Notes under the pieces: generated by a model
Database searches by the model: none
Told to the model about the DNA's origin: nothing
What the model saw: only the letters and a program-made list of their open reading frames with translations
Source: Atractiella rhizophila
Lineage: Eukaryota
Direction of reading: 5' to 3'
DNA: 64,000 nt
Assembly (NCBI GenBank): GCA_021432655.1
Contig: MU271187.1
Span: 152,217-216,216 of the forward strand
Translations under genes and position numbers: made by a program
Shown: piece by piece, positions 37,091 through 48,716 of the stretch
Position numbering within the stretch: the first letter of the stretch is position 1
Layout: each line of letters begins with the position of its first letter

Positions 37091-39133
37091 ATGTATCTAG
37101 AGGCGAGCTTAATGGCAGACCCGCCACAACCTTCCATTTCTGAGCTAGATGCAGCTCCGAATGAGCCAACCAATGCAGTAAAGATTGGAAGGGCCATGGC
37201 TGAATTCTGGACCGTCGAGTTAGGTTCACAGGAGACTGTGCTCGAATACTTTTCTCGCGTCTCACGATTGCGCGATCACCTTCAGTCCCAATGGCACAAA
37301 ATTGAAATCTCAGATACCATGTTGGCCCTGGCTATTTTACGCGGGTTGCCTCGTTATTGGGATCCCATTGTAGGCAAAATTCCAATCCATGGTCACAGCG
37401 ATGAATTTGAGGATGCCATCACCCTTGATTTCGTGCGAGATTTATTTACTCCAGATATATCTGAACCAGGATCTTTATCTCTTCTGAAGGACAAACCTTC
37501 AGTCGATGATAATTTTTTCCCACTCACTCCTTTATCTCGAGATTTACCTCTACCAAATGAACTTCTCATTACAATACTTCAAATAATTTTTTCGACAACG
37601 AAAATTTTCGAACACGTTTACATCAAGCTTGTCTGTCGACGATGGCGGAACATCAGCCTGAAGTATGGCCACCGAACGATGAGCTTCGATGGAGAAGCGG
37701 GCAGTTGGAGGTACATCCTCTATAATCAATCTCTCTCCGAAATACCCGCACGGAGTGCCTTGCTTCTACGATTCCATATATTCGATGCCCCTTATGCTGT
37801 ATACCCATACGTATACGCGATAATCAACAAGCTGAGACAGCTCCGAACATTCTTTATGGCATGGGGAGATGACGCCTACCCTCCTGAACCATTCGAACAG
37901 TTTTCCTTCCCAGCTTCCCTGCAGGAATTGACTTTAAAGAGTTTAGTTGTGTCCGTCGTACATCCAGTGCCACAAGAAAAAGATAATTTTACCAAGAAAA
38001 CCGCCAATAAGCTGGAAGCTTTATTATCCAGCTTGGGGCGATGCACCAATCTTCGAGGTTTGTGCCTCGCCCTTCCTTTCCTCTGCCTCCCAAAAAACCT
38101 CTGCCTCCCTAACCTACGGTCGTTCGTAATCCTTGACGCCCCAATGGAGCTGGAGATGAACAGATTGCTTGTCTCCCTCGATAGCAATCGCCACAATCTC
38201 AGAGTACTTGATGTGGAATTCGCTGTTCAGACCCCTGGTTTAGACACGTCGCTGCTCTTCACCTTTTTCAGCCTTAGCAGCAACAGCTTGGTACATTTGA
38301 GTATCCAAGTCCTTTCAGAATCTCACCATCATGTTCTCTTCCAGGCTAGAACAGATTCTGAGGAGATATCGACATTGTCGCTTCCAGCGCTTCCAAACCT
38401 CCAGTTTTTGAAGCTCCACCTCGACCTCAACATATCCAGTTCCTTCTCCCTCGACAGTATGTTTCCACTGTTGGCCCAAAGTATCCATCTTACCGAAATT
38501 TGTTTGAGCGGGAGAGCACTATTGACTCATCGAAGCTCATTACGGTTTTTGGAACGATTAGACTTGGGATTCATAGCCGTCCCCCCAATGACAGGAAGCA
38601 TCTTGCCCTCCCTTTCCTCCAGCAAAGAATTTTGCTACCACTTCCAATCCACCCTCCGATACCTTGCTCTTCCGCATTGGACGACAATAGATGACGACAT
38701 CAGTGCCACCATGGAGTTCATCCATCTGTTCAAGCAATTGATGACACTCGTCATCACCCTTCTCGAGGACGAAACCTATACCCTTTTGCCTTCCTGCTCT
38801 AGTTTAAAAGCGCAGAGATCTCCCGTTGACACCTTATCCAGCTCTTTTCCATTTGCACCGGGTTTTGTCTACTTCGATAACCTCCGATACCTCAAATTGC
38901 CATATAGGCAGCACCTTGCGCCAATATTCACAACGACAACTTGGAAACAACATCTGCCTAAGGTACAGGGTGTTTGGATGACAGCATCCTGGAACGATTA
39001 TCAGCACTTCGTGGAAAACACAAAAACGTCCTTAGAAGAACGACTGAAACTGGAAGGAATCGAATTTGCCTGGGACAGCTTTAGAAGCGAAGAAATCCAA
39101 TATGGATGGCAGCGAAGGTTCTTTAGGAACTGA
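37091..39133 (+). CDS. Gag(UBN2)-like / F-box / LRR protein, copy 2
   Basis: 680 aa, 10 amino-acid differences from copy 1. Confidence 0.85.
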   Translation: MYLEASLMADPPQPSISELDAAPNEPTNAVKIGRAMAEFWTVELGSQETVLEYFSRVSRLRDHLQSQWHKIEISDTMLALAILRGLPRYWDPIVGKIPIHGHSDEFEDAITLDFVRDLFTPDISEPGSLSLLKDKPSVDDNFFPLTPLSRDLPLPNELLITILQIIFSTTKIFEHVYIKLVCRRWRNISLKYGHRTMSFDGEAGSWRYILYNQSLSEIPARSALLLRFHIFDAPYAVYPYVYAIINKLRQLRTFFMAWGDDAYPPEPFEQFSFPASLQELTLKSLVVSVVHPVPQEKDNFTKKTANKLEALLSSLGRCTNLRGLCLALPFLCLPKNLCLPNLRSFVILDAPMELEMNRLLVSLDSNRHNLRVLDVEFAVQTPGLDTSLLFTFFSLSSNSLVHLSIQVLSESHHHVLFQARTDSEEISTLSLPALPNLQFLKLHLDLNISSSFSLDSMFPLLAQSIHLTEICLSGRALLTHRSSLRFLERLDLGFIAVPPMTGSILPSLSSSKEFCYHFQSTLRYLALPHWTTIDDDISATMEFIHLFKQLMTLVITLLEDETYTLLPSCSSLKAQRSPVDTLSSSFPFAPGFVYFDNLRYLKLPYRQHLAPIFTTTTWKQHLPKVQGVWMTASWNDYQHFVENTKTSLEERLKLEGIEFAWDSFRSEEIQYGWQRRFFRN

Positions 39134-39303
39134 ACTTTCTGACGAGGCTCCAGAACATTAATCTAAGCCATGTTACGAAATTCTGCTGCTTGTTGTCATA
39201 AGTAGTCAAACTGTTAAATCCATTCATTGCAAATTCATAATGTATCTGTAGTCTACAGATCTTTTCGTAACTTCTCCGTCTTGTAGTCACGATCAACCAG
39301 ATC

Positions 39304-41557
39304 CTACTCCCCAACTCCGACCTGATAAAGTGCATAAACATCTGCGATAGAAACCAAAATTAGGAGTGCCGTGCCAACCCAAACGACGATAAAGGGGTTC
39401 GCGAAAGAGTGCATTCCCTTCTTACTCTGTTCCGTCCTTCGTCGGAAGGGGTTAAGATACCGCCAAGGCGAAGGTTGGTTCTCTGGAGCCGGAGATGGAA
39501 CCGCAGTAGGGTCGAGGGTGGACATGATGCTATGCTCGGAGGTGAAGAGTACCAAAGGAGCAATGACGAATGGGAGTGCGACGGAGAGGCCTACTTGGGA
39601 TCCGACTAGAAGAGTGTTGACTCCATTCTTTCCCACTGCAATGGCTACGGCTAGGGAGGGAACGATTCCTATTCCCCTCGTTACCAGTCGCCTGACCCAA
39701 GGAGAGGTTCTCCAATTAATGAAGCCTTCGGAGACGACTTGTCCCGCGAGAGTAGCTGTGATCGAAGCCGATTGTCCAGACGCGAGGAGAGCAATGGCGA
39801 AGAGGTAAGCAGCGACTACATCATCAAACTCTATCAGCACCCACTATTTGGGAAAACAGATGGGTGCTCACATTGTCCGACGTGCTGTTTTATAAGCTCA
39901 TAAGCACCAAACAAATCTCCATCCACCTCTCCTCTCGTTTCTTCGTCTCCATAATAGAAGGCAGCTCCACCGATTATCAGAATGCTGGAATTGATCAATA
40001 TCGCGAAACCGAACAAGCTAAGCCCGACATCGATCGTCGCATGGGTCAGATGAGCTCTAATGGTCTCTAGGGATGGGGGGACGAAGTTATTCGAAAGCGG
40101 GTCGTCTTTTCCATCGTTCTTTCCATCTTTGGGAGAATCGGAATGTGAGACTTTAGGAGAAAGCGTGAGAGAGTGCAGATGAACCGGCTGAGGCATGTGT
40201 AAGGAAATGTTTGCATTCGGACGGGAAGAGTGAGAGAGAGCAGGTGAAGGTGGTGGGATGTCAGATTGAGCTGATTGAGGAAGAGTCGGAGGGGAAATCT
40301 TGTTGGTATCTAGAAGATACTCTTCTCGTGGAATTCGTTCCATCGTTGCTAGACGTGAACCGAGGAAGAGAGCGTGAGGCATGACCGTGGCTCTATCACC
40401 ATTCATAAGCTTGATATCCAATCCAACCAAGAGGGAGTAACACACCCTACAATACCGACGGCAACGTAGAGAGCACCACCGTTTACAATTTTGTCACTCG
40501 GCAAGTAACCTTTAAGAACCTCTCCAGCATCCGGGCTCATTTTGATGAGTAGAATGACAAAGGAAATGAGGACTGTGAAAACAAGAACGGCGATGACTGC
40601 CTCGAAGATGCGCATAGACCGGGTCATGACTCTCGATGGATACGAATTGAAGAGAAGTAGGATGAGTAGGACATCCGTAGAAGTGAGCAAGATACCACCC
40701 CAGAGTGGAATCCGGGGGATGAGCAAGTTGATGGCGATCGCGCTCCCGAGCAGTTCGGCCAAATCAGTCAGGATGATTGCACCTGTTATACTTTCAGTTT
40801 GGTCTGAAAAGCGTAAGGAGGGGACGCACCTTCACAGACAACGTAGAGGAGGATAAGGGCGCTATTGAAAAACCACTTATACTTGTCCCGATTCCACAAC
40901 CGCCGTCGACAATGCATTGCCAAATCTACATCGGACGAGCTATCAGTTCGGGACTTCCTCTTGGAACTGCCGTAGAAGCTGAGAAAACAAACCTCGTCCA
41001 GTGACGCAGCCTAAACGTGTTGCGAGAATTTGCAGGAGTATGGCACATATTCCAGAGAAGAGAACGACGAAGAGAAGTGCGTAGCCGTATTGTGATCCAG
41101 CTTGTAAGTCCGTTGCATAATTACCCTGTGCAGAAATAGTCAACAAGCTGTCAAACTAAAGTAGAGCCACGCTATCGCATAGCAGAATGGGCTTTCTCCC
41201 ATGCATGCTAATCGACTGAATGTTGACTTACAGGATCAAAGTAAGCTATCGAGCAGGTATTGTCTAAGTATCGCTTCCCATTCACGCATGAGAGGGCTCA
41301 CCAACGCTCGCCATGATTCCTGGCCCAACAAATTTGCCATGACGCTTCAAAACGTTCCATGCCTTTTGTTTCTTCCTCTTCCATCCCTTCACCTCCGTCT
41401 CCTCCTCTCTGGCAACTTGAACTCTTTCCACATCCTGAGCTTCGATCGAAGAGGCAGTTCTCTTCGGTTTGGTCTCAACAGCATCAATGTCAGCTTGTGG
41501 GAGATTGAAACCATCGATTCCTCGTAAGGAATGGGAGGGAAGTCGTGGTCCTTGCAT
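39304..41557 (-). CDS. NRAMP/Smf-family divalent metal transporter
   Basis: [83 protein letters not shown]. Confidence 0.95.
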
Positions 41558-42047
41558 TATGTTGACTGCTGCTGCTCTCCTTAACTTCCGTACCGCCGAG
41601 GAATCAGCTCGTGAGGGCGCTAATGCTAATGGCGTACCTTTTAAAACCTCGCGGAGAACGTTACCTGGCAGTGCGATGGTCTGAGCCTTTAGAATGAGCT
41701 GACGGGAAGAGCAGGAGCGAGTGTATCAGGCCAGAAATGATATTGAGCCTGCAGCGCAAACCAGCGCAAGAGATGCTTTCACGCATCGCTAAGAGCCTTG
41801 GGGGCGGCTGTACATGATACTTCAATCTTGGGATGCGCTCTCTCAGGAACTCGCCGACGGAACAGTCGCTTCCCCAGTCACTGTTTCACAGACTGTTTCT
41901 TGAGGATAACTGAGTCCATTGAATGTCATTGGTGTAGCCCCGTATTCCCCTAAAAGCATATAACAGAGGACTCTTTGACTGTCCCACCAAGATATTTCTG
42001 CTTTGGCACCGTTGTCGTTCGATTTGAAGATCTCACCGAGCCTGAGC

Positions 42048-43980
42048 ATGAAAGCTCTCAGTTGCTTCATTATACCTTTGCTGTTCAGCTGCTCGAGCTC
42101 TCTCGGCATTGCTAGGTTCGACCCCGAACCACCTATTGCTTTCCAGGAAGGAATTGGAGGCCCCAACCCCGCTCAACTTCGCTTCGGCCAGCTTCCCAAG
42201 AGCGATGTCTTTCGCGCCAAACCGTCCAGGTTTACAGGCAAAGAGGGGATGACGGGGAACTGGAAAGGGTCTCAAGAGTTCTACGCCGGTTCAGAGTACA
42301 ATATCTGGACAAACTTCACCTCTGCTCCACGTTCGGACGCTCATGTCCAGCTCTATCACCAACTGCGCTCTTTGCATCCCAACCATGCCCTCGTCGTCAC
42401 GAACGATTACAGATTCAATCTCTTCGCCTACGCCTCCGCTCCCGACTCTCAACTAGCCATTCGCTTCCTTCCCGCTCCTCCCCTTTCTTCCAATCTCATT
42501 CGGAAGGTTTACGCACCCTCGGGAAAGAGAAGTGAAGGACCTGGCGTCGTGCTTTCAGACGTCATGTTTGGAGCGTTCGAAGTGCATTGGGCAGGAGAGG
42601 AATTCGTGGCGTATCTGTATCAGTGGGAGGAAGGATACATATCCTATCTCGAGTGGTTCATCTTCCATCCCTCCCTCGACCGTGGAGAAGAAGTCATCGA
42701 CACCCTCATCCTATCTGTTGGAAAGTGGGCGAGCGAACTTCACAAGGAAATTATGGTGTTCGATATGGGTTGGATGAAGGATGCGGAACTGTGGAACGAC
42801 GTTCAGTCTGCGGAGTGGACGGATGTTATTTTGGATGAGGAGCTCAAACAGACCGTGAGGGAGGACGTTGAGGGTTTCTTCAGGAAGGGGAAGGTGTACA
42901 GGCGCTTGGGTGTGCCGTATAAGGTCAGCTGCTCTCCCCTATCTAATGCTTCCTTGCTCATTCCCTGGATAGCGAGGAGTCATCTTTCTTGGACCCCCAG
43001 GCAACGGAAAGACAAGTGCGTATCGATGTTTTATCATTTCCTGTGGTTTATCCTCATCAAAACCTCCAGTCTCGATAAAAGCGCTCATGAAGTCTGCCTC
43101 TCAACTCGATCCTCCGATCCCCTCTCTCTACGTTAAGTCCTTCCGATACTGGTCCGGGGATGAAGGTTCGTATGGTTTCCAATAATCTCAACAAATAACT
43201 CAAGCTGCACTCTACAACAGGTGGTATTCAAGCCGTCTTCGAAATGGCGCGCATGCAAGCTCCGTGCCTACTCATACTCGAAGACCTCGACTCACTCATA
43301 TCTGACTCCGCCCGGTCCTTCTTCCTTAACCAACTCGATGGACTGGCAAGTAACGACGGGGTGCTTATCAGTGCGTCGATCGGTTTGTACTGTGGCTTCG
43401 CTGATAAGGTGCAGTCGGGACGACTAACCATTTCGATCGGTTGGACGATGCGTTGAAGAATCGTCCGAGCCGTTTCGATAGGAAATAGTGCGCATTCCTC
43501 ATGTCACTTTCGCCATCTTTTCATACTGACGGACCTTAAACATACAGTAACTTCCCTGACCCTCCGTTGAAGGAGAGACGTGCCTACGCACGCTACTGGC
43601 AGTGCGTTACACTACTACACTTCTTGCACGGCGGGCTCACCTTGTATGGATCTTTCAGGCACAAACTAGAAGGAGAAAAAAGCACGCCATTCCCAGATTC
43701 CCTCATCTATCGGTTCGCAAAACACACTGATGGTTTCTCGTTCGCTTACATGAAGGAAGCATTGTGAATTCTCTTTCTCAATCCTGTTCATTAGAGATGA
43801 TATTAACGATATCGATCGATATTCAGTCTTTCAACCCTCCTTTACCTCGCTGGGCTCGATAACCCTGCCCCGGAAAAATTCGAACAGACGTTGATGAAGC
43901 AGGTTGGGGAGTTGAGGAAGGAGCTGGAGAGAGGTGGGGAGATTCAAGCCCCCTTTGTTGATGAATGGACGGCCATCTAG
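42048..43980 (+). CDS. Fungal single-domain AAA+ ATPase
   Basis: WTDVILDEELK, YRRLGVPYK|RGVIFLGPPGNGKT (Walker A), LLILEDLD (Walker B), SFFLNQLDG, TTNHFDRLD..LKNRPSRFDRK, TDGFSFAYMKEA. Confidence 0.92.
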
Positions 43981-46548
43981 TCATGGGTTACAGAAAATGT
44001 CTCCAAACTTTTCGGATTTTGAGGGCGCACTAATGTGCTGACGGTCAAAGATTGGCATGTTGGATCAGAATGTATTTGATTGTATCATAGTATCCCCAAG
44101 GACCTGTTTTCAATTCTCGGACTTGAGGGGTCTGCACACTCCAGTACCCACAACCACTGAGACATCATCTCGGCGTCATCAGTCATCGTGTCAAGCATGA
44201 CATGCATGACATGTCAAGGTCAGAGTCAAGTTCAACTTGGGTCCGGGTGAACGTCATAATATCTTCAACATTTCTTGGGATGCGTAACAAGCATCGGGCT
44301 GACGCAGACCCCTCGCAAATCTCGCCAATTCCGAGATCTCGAGATGGTTTTGATGGAATTGATCGACGTAGGGCGAGCAAACATGGAGAAGGAGGGGCAT
44401 GAGGGGAAGTTGGTTTGCTCCTGCTTGAACAGAGTACCTCGGCATCCTCGGTTTGTTGCCCTTATCGCTCTCATCTCGACCATCACTACTTCTGAACGGG
44501 GAACACAATTGACGATAATTGTGCGCCAAATTACACCAGATATTGTTCCTGTCCATCGGGCGAAGGTGAGATTTGCTGACTGGAAATGTCAGGGTTGCAT
44601 GAATGTTTGAAAGATGAATTTACAGTCTGCTTAGTACCTCCTGGATAAGGGTGAAAGAAGTGAAGGAGGCTCCTTCCATTTCATTGCACTGGCAGCAGCA
44701 AAGAACCCGAGCGAGAACAGGAAATCATGAGGAAATTTACGGTTTGAAGTTCCCCATGACCTCTCCACCGACCGTGGACAACGTGAAGGGATATACAACT
44801 GGCTACACAAGGCTAATGACCAGCGGCAGGGGTTACTGTAAAGAAAATCACTGGGCCAGGAGGCTATCCGGACTTGTAGATTGCCAGTGGTGTGAAAAAT
44901 CGAGAAGCAGAGCTGTTGAGTAGGAGCTTCACAAATGAGCTCGGAGAGCCAGCAACCTTTCTCTCCCGTTCATGTCCAGTATCATGAGCAGGTCCAACTC
45001 AGGGAATGGTTGGTACGGCAAGCCACCAACACAACATCATCCCTGATCATCTGTCCGCACTCGATGGTGCCATTAAGGAAAGGAGAGGGTCATAATATAA
45101 CCCGGTGGAGCTGTGGACGCTTGACCGTTTCATGAACGTACTGAGGAGAAAGCGATCGCGCTTCCTTTGAGGGGCCACTGCTCCAGGAGGTGCTCCTTGA
45201 TCGAGGAAGGTAATCAGCTGGAATGCCTGGAAAATGATTACGGTTGGCTCAGGAGGTGCATGCGCCTTTGTAGCTCCTTTATCATTAGATTTGCAATCGT
45301 TGAAGAGTTCAAAGCCTCTGAGGTGGTAGTTTTGGGAAGTTCGATCCCTTTGTGATAGTAAGGTTTAAGTACCTTGATCATCGCAGATTAGCTCGATAGG
45401 GTTATGATATTGTGATTCGGGCGTCCGAACAAGATTCCGGGCACACTTGTCACTCAAGGAAGCACGACCAACTTGGACTCTGCTCTTTCCCCCAGCACTC
45501 TATCCCCTCCCCAGCACCCTTATCGCCCTTCCCGAACCTCCCAAGACACTCAGACGATTTTTGCGGATTAGGACACCTTAACTTGGTGTGATTTTGGCGA
45601 CGCTTGGACAGGCTCGATGCTCGAACACATACCTTACTGAAAACTCTCAATCAGCTCGAATTCGTAGGCGGATTTGAACGATTGCGAGTCTATCGGTGGT
45701 CTGGATTTTGACGTCGTTCTCATTTCCATAAAATCGCATTTCAAATCTCTCCTCGTCTGCATCAAGTTATCCCGTCTCGTCTACATTCAATCCTCGTCTC
45801 TCCTCACAAATCCGTCAAATCAAAGCATACAATCGTCCGAGTATAGTTATTCGCTCAAAGTTCCATAGCTACTGTAGGATCAGTTTTGAATCATTTCATG
45901 TTCATTGGTATCTATCCGACTGCGAACTCCGGTCGAATTCTTCATCTTCTTTCGATTTCCTTTCGACCTTCCAATCACCCCTCCTCTTTCTCCCTTTATC
46001 CGACTAGAACCGAAAGCGCGTGCGCTCATTCGAATTCTCCCGCCTTCCCGACCCAAGTTTTCAGTAGATCATCATTGAACACGAGTTTGTAGATTGGTTT
46101 GGAGAAACAACTTTGGATCAATCGGACTTTCACGCTATAACAGTTCTTCGTTGGACTTAGGAAAGGGAGAAATATGTGAGTGTTAAAAATGTTCTCTTGT
46201 TCGGTCTTGATGGGGTCTCTGTGTCTGTGCGTCCGGTGTCAAAGCCCAAGGCAAGCTTTCGACTCTCTTCGTTCTTCTTTCTTCCGAAGCCTCAGCTGGG
46301 ATCTACATCCTGCAAGACTTCGATTCTTTTACCCCTCGCGACTCATTTGACAGACTCGCCACTTCCACGTCAAGTGGCGTATTTCCGAGTCACGTGTCCT
46401 ATTTTACGCGGCACGTCATCGGCAACCGCCACCATTCTGGAAGCCAGTCATCTTCCGCCTGCATCCGCGCACAATATATTCTCCAACCCAATCCGTGTCA
46501 GCTTGAAAGCCAAGTTGCCACAAACCACCATCTTACCAGCAAAAACAG

Positions 46549-48716
46549 ATGGCGCCTCCTATCGTCAAAGTGACACATTCGCCAGATTCTCCACAATGGC
46601 ATGACAACCGACCTCAGCACATCCACTTCTCGGATGGGGCCAATTACCTTAACGCGTCGGTGACGGATTCGCCCCATTCCTTCGTGGCCTACCAGGAACG
46701 CAGCCCCTCACATCGTCGTGGTTCGCATGCCTCTTCATCTGGTTCTTCCGGTTCCTCTGTCTCCTCCATCGGGTCCCTATCCTCCTTTTCTTCAGGCAGC
46801 ACCTCTTCATCCCTGTCCTCTGTCAGCTCATTTTCGCCCGCCCGGGCGAAGGTGGAAGTCAAGATGGACTACATAACGCGTCAAGCTCTCGGTCTAACCA
46901 CGCCACCCGAATTCCCCTCCCCTGTCCTCGATGCTCCCCCACCGTCATCCCATCCTCGCCGTCGTTCGATCTCGCGCGAACATCCGCCAAACTTCTATGC
47001 TGGGATGCAAGATGCGATGGGATACCCTGTCATGAGCACTGAGGAAGATGCGGCAAATTTGAACCTTGGACTTCAAAGTGAAGTTAGAGTCGGGGGAAAG
47101 GTTTTGGTGGAGGTAGAAATGCGACAAGCGGACGTGGTGGATAAGATCAATCAGATGCAGGAAAAGAAGAGCAGGAGTAGACAGTCAAGTAATGCATCCG
47201 CCACCCTGGAGCAGGTGAAGAAGCTGCGGGAAAGAAGCAGTACTTTGGAGTCATCGATTCCGGAAGAGAGAGAGGTGAAACATGTAGAAAGCATAGTTCC
47301 AGATTCGCCTCCAAGAGCGATCAAGATTGACAAAGATACCTTTGTCGACGGACTAGTTGGTAAGTTACTCGCAGCTTCTCAAAGACCCGAAAACTGATGG
47401 AACCTGGTAAGGCACGACGGTCCTCGCAATTCAGTCTATCTGGCCAGGAAATGAAAGCTCGAAGCAGGCCTCGCCTACTTCCTCACCCTCATCAGGTTCA
47501 GATCCAGTTCTGCCTCTTCGATGGTTCATCAAAGAGGTGCTGCGAAGATCCAGGACAACATGCTCTGTACTCCAGACCGCTCTCTATTACCTCCACAAAT
47601 CTCGTCGTTCGATTCGCGACCGAGTCGTCAAGGCGGACAAGGCCCAGAAAATGCTGGAGAAATTTTCTAAGGAGAAGAAGCAGAGGATTCAAGAATCCTC
47701 TTCCCTTCCTACTCCGCCTCCGAGTCCCACAGAACCTACGCTCGATGCAGAGGGTCCTCTGCTTGCGAAGGAAGTGGAAGACTTGCTGGCTCTTCAGCAC
47801 GATCCTGTTTTGTGCGGTCGTCGCATGTTCCTGGCGTCTTTAATTGCAGCAAGCAAATTTTTGCAGGACAGAAACTATTCCAATAAGGTAAGTCAACCTC
47901 AGTTCTCACTTCAACACGAATCACGCTGATGTGATGCATAGGCTTGGGCGAAGATCTCAGGTCTCGACGTGATTGAAATCAATTCCAACGAACGCGCCTT
48001 TCTATGTCTGGTCGAATACCGTCTTCATGTTGATGCCGACGTGTTCTCTCATTGTGAGTATCCGCTTTCCATTACCTCCTATGACTCTCTTGAAGTCTTG
48101 AGCTTGACATTTTCTTTTAGGGACCGAGAGATTGATGAAACTTGCGCAAGATCAAGCTTCGAGGCAGTCGACTCCATCTAAGGAGATGCCTACTCGAGCT
48201 CCTCTTCGTAGGACTCAATCAGATGTTCCAACGGAAACACTACCCAACGACATCCCCATTCGACCTGCTAGCGGCATGGCCCAACGCATGCAACCGCTTT
48301 CAAAGTCTCATTCCGAGTCTCAACATTGCTCTAAAAACTTTCATCCCATCAATGGAGTCATGAAGACCTCCCCTACCCGCTCCTCGCAGCTCGCGAGAGA
48401 GATGGGTATGGTTACTCCTCCGGAGATGGAGATTGAGGAAGAGGAGCAAACGGACCTGGAGGATGATGATGAGAGAGGTTCGCCGCTGAGGAACCGTCAT
48501 GCTGCCTTTGCTAGGAGCAACGTTCTATTGAGGAAAGCCTCACAACTCTCGACGTCGGGATTGAGCGGTTATCGACCTGGAAGCAGTTCGAATCTACCTG
48601 GACATGGCAATGCTATGGACGTGGATTCGCTGCCTAATTCGGGTTCCGCTTATCCTTCGTGTGGGAACAACAAGATTTCATCATGGGCTTCGAACGTGGG
48701 CGAGATGGCTTACTAG
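46549..48716 (+). CDS. Pho85-type (Pcl5/Pas1-like) cyclin
   Basis: LPLRWFIKEVLRRSRTTCSVLQTALYYL, CGRRMFLASLIAASKFLQDRNYSNK|AWAKISGL...EINSNERAFL. Confidence 0.92.

Larger units (their letters stand above)
34225..39195 (+). repeat. Head-to-tail tandem duplication, period 2486 bp (34225-36709 / 36711-39195)
   Basis: Near-identical units starting TTCAATTCGACAC and ending CTGCTGCTTGTTG. Confidence 0.99.

Noticed and set aside
34225..39195. LTR retrotransposon or Helitron interpretation of the tandem unit
   Set aside because: No LTRs, PBS, pol domains, TSD or Helitron termini seen
44000..45450. Short ORFs between the AAA ATPase and the cyclin
   Set aside because: Fragmented, unrecognisable; possibly a decayed gene
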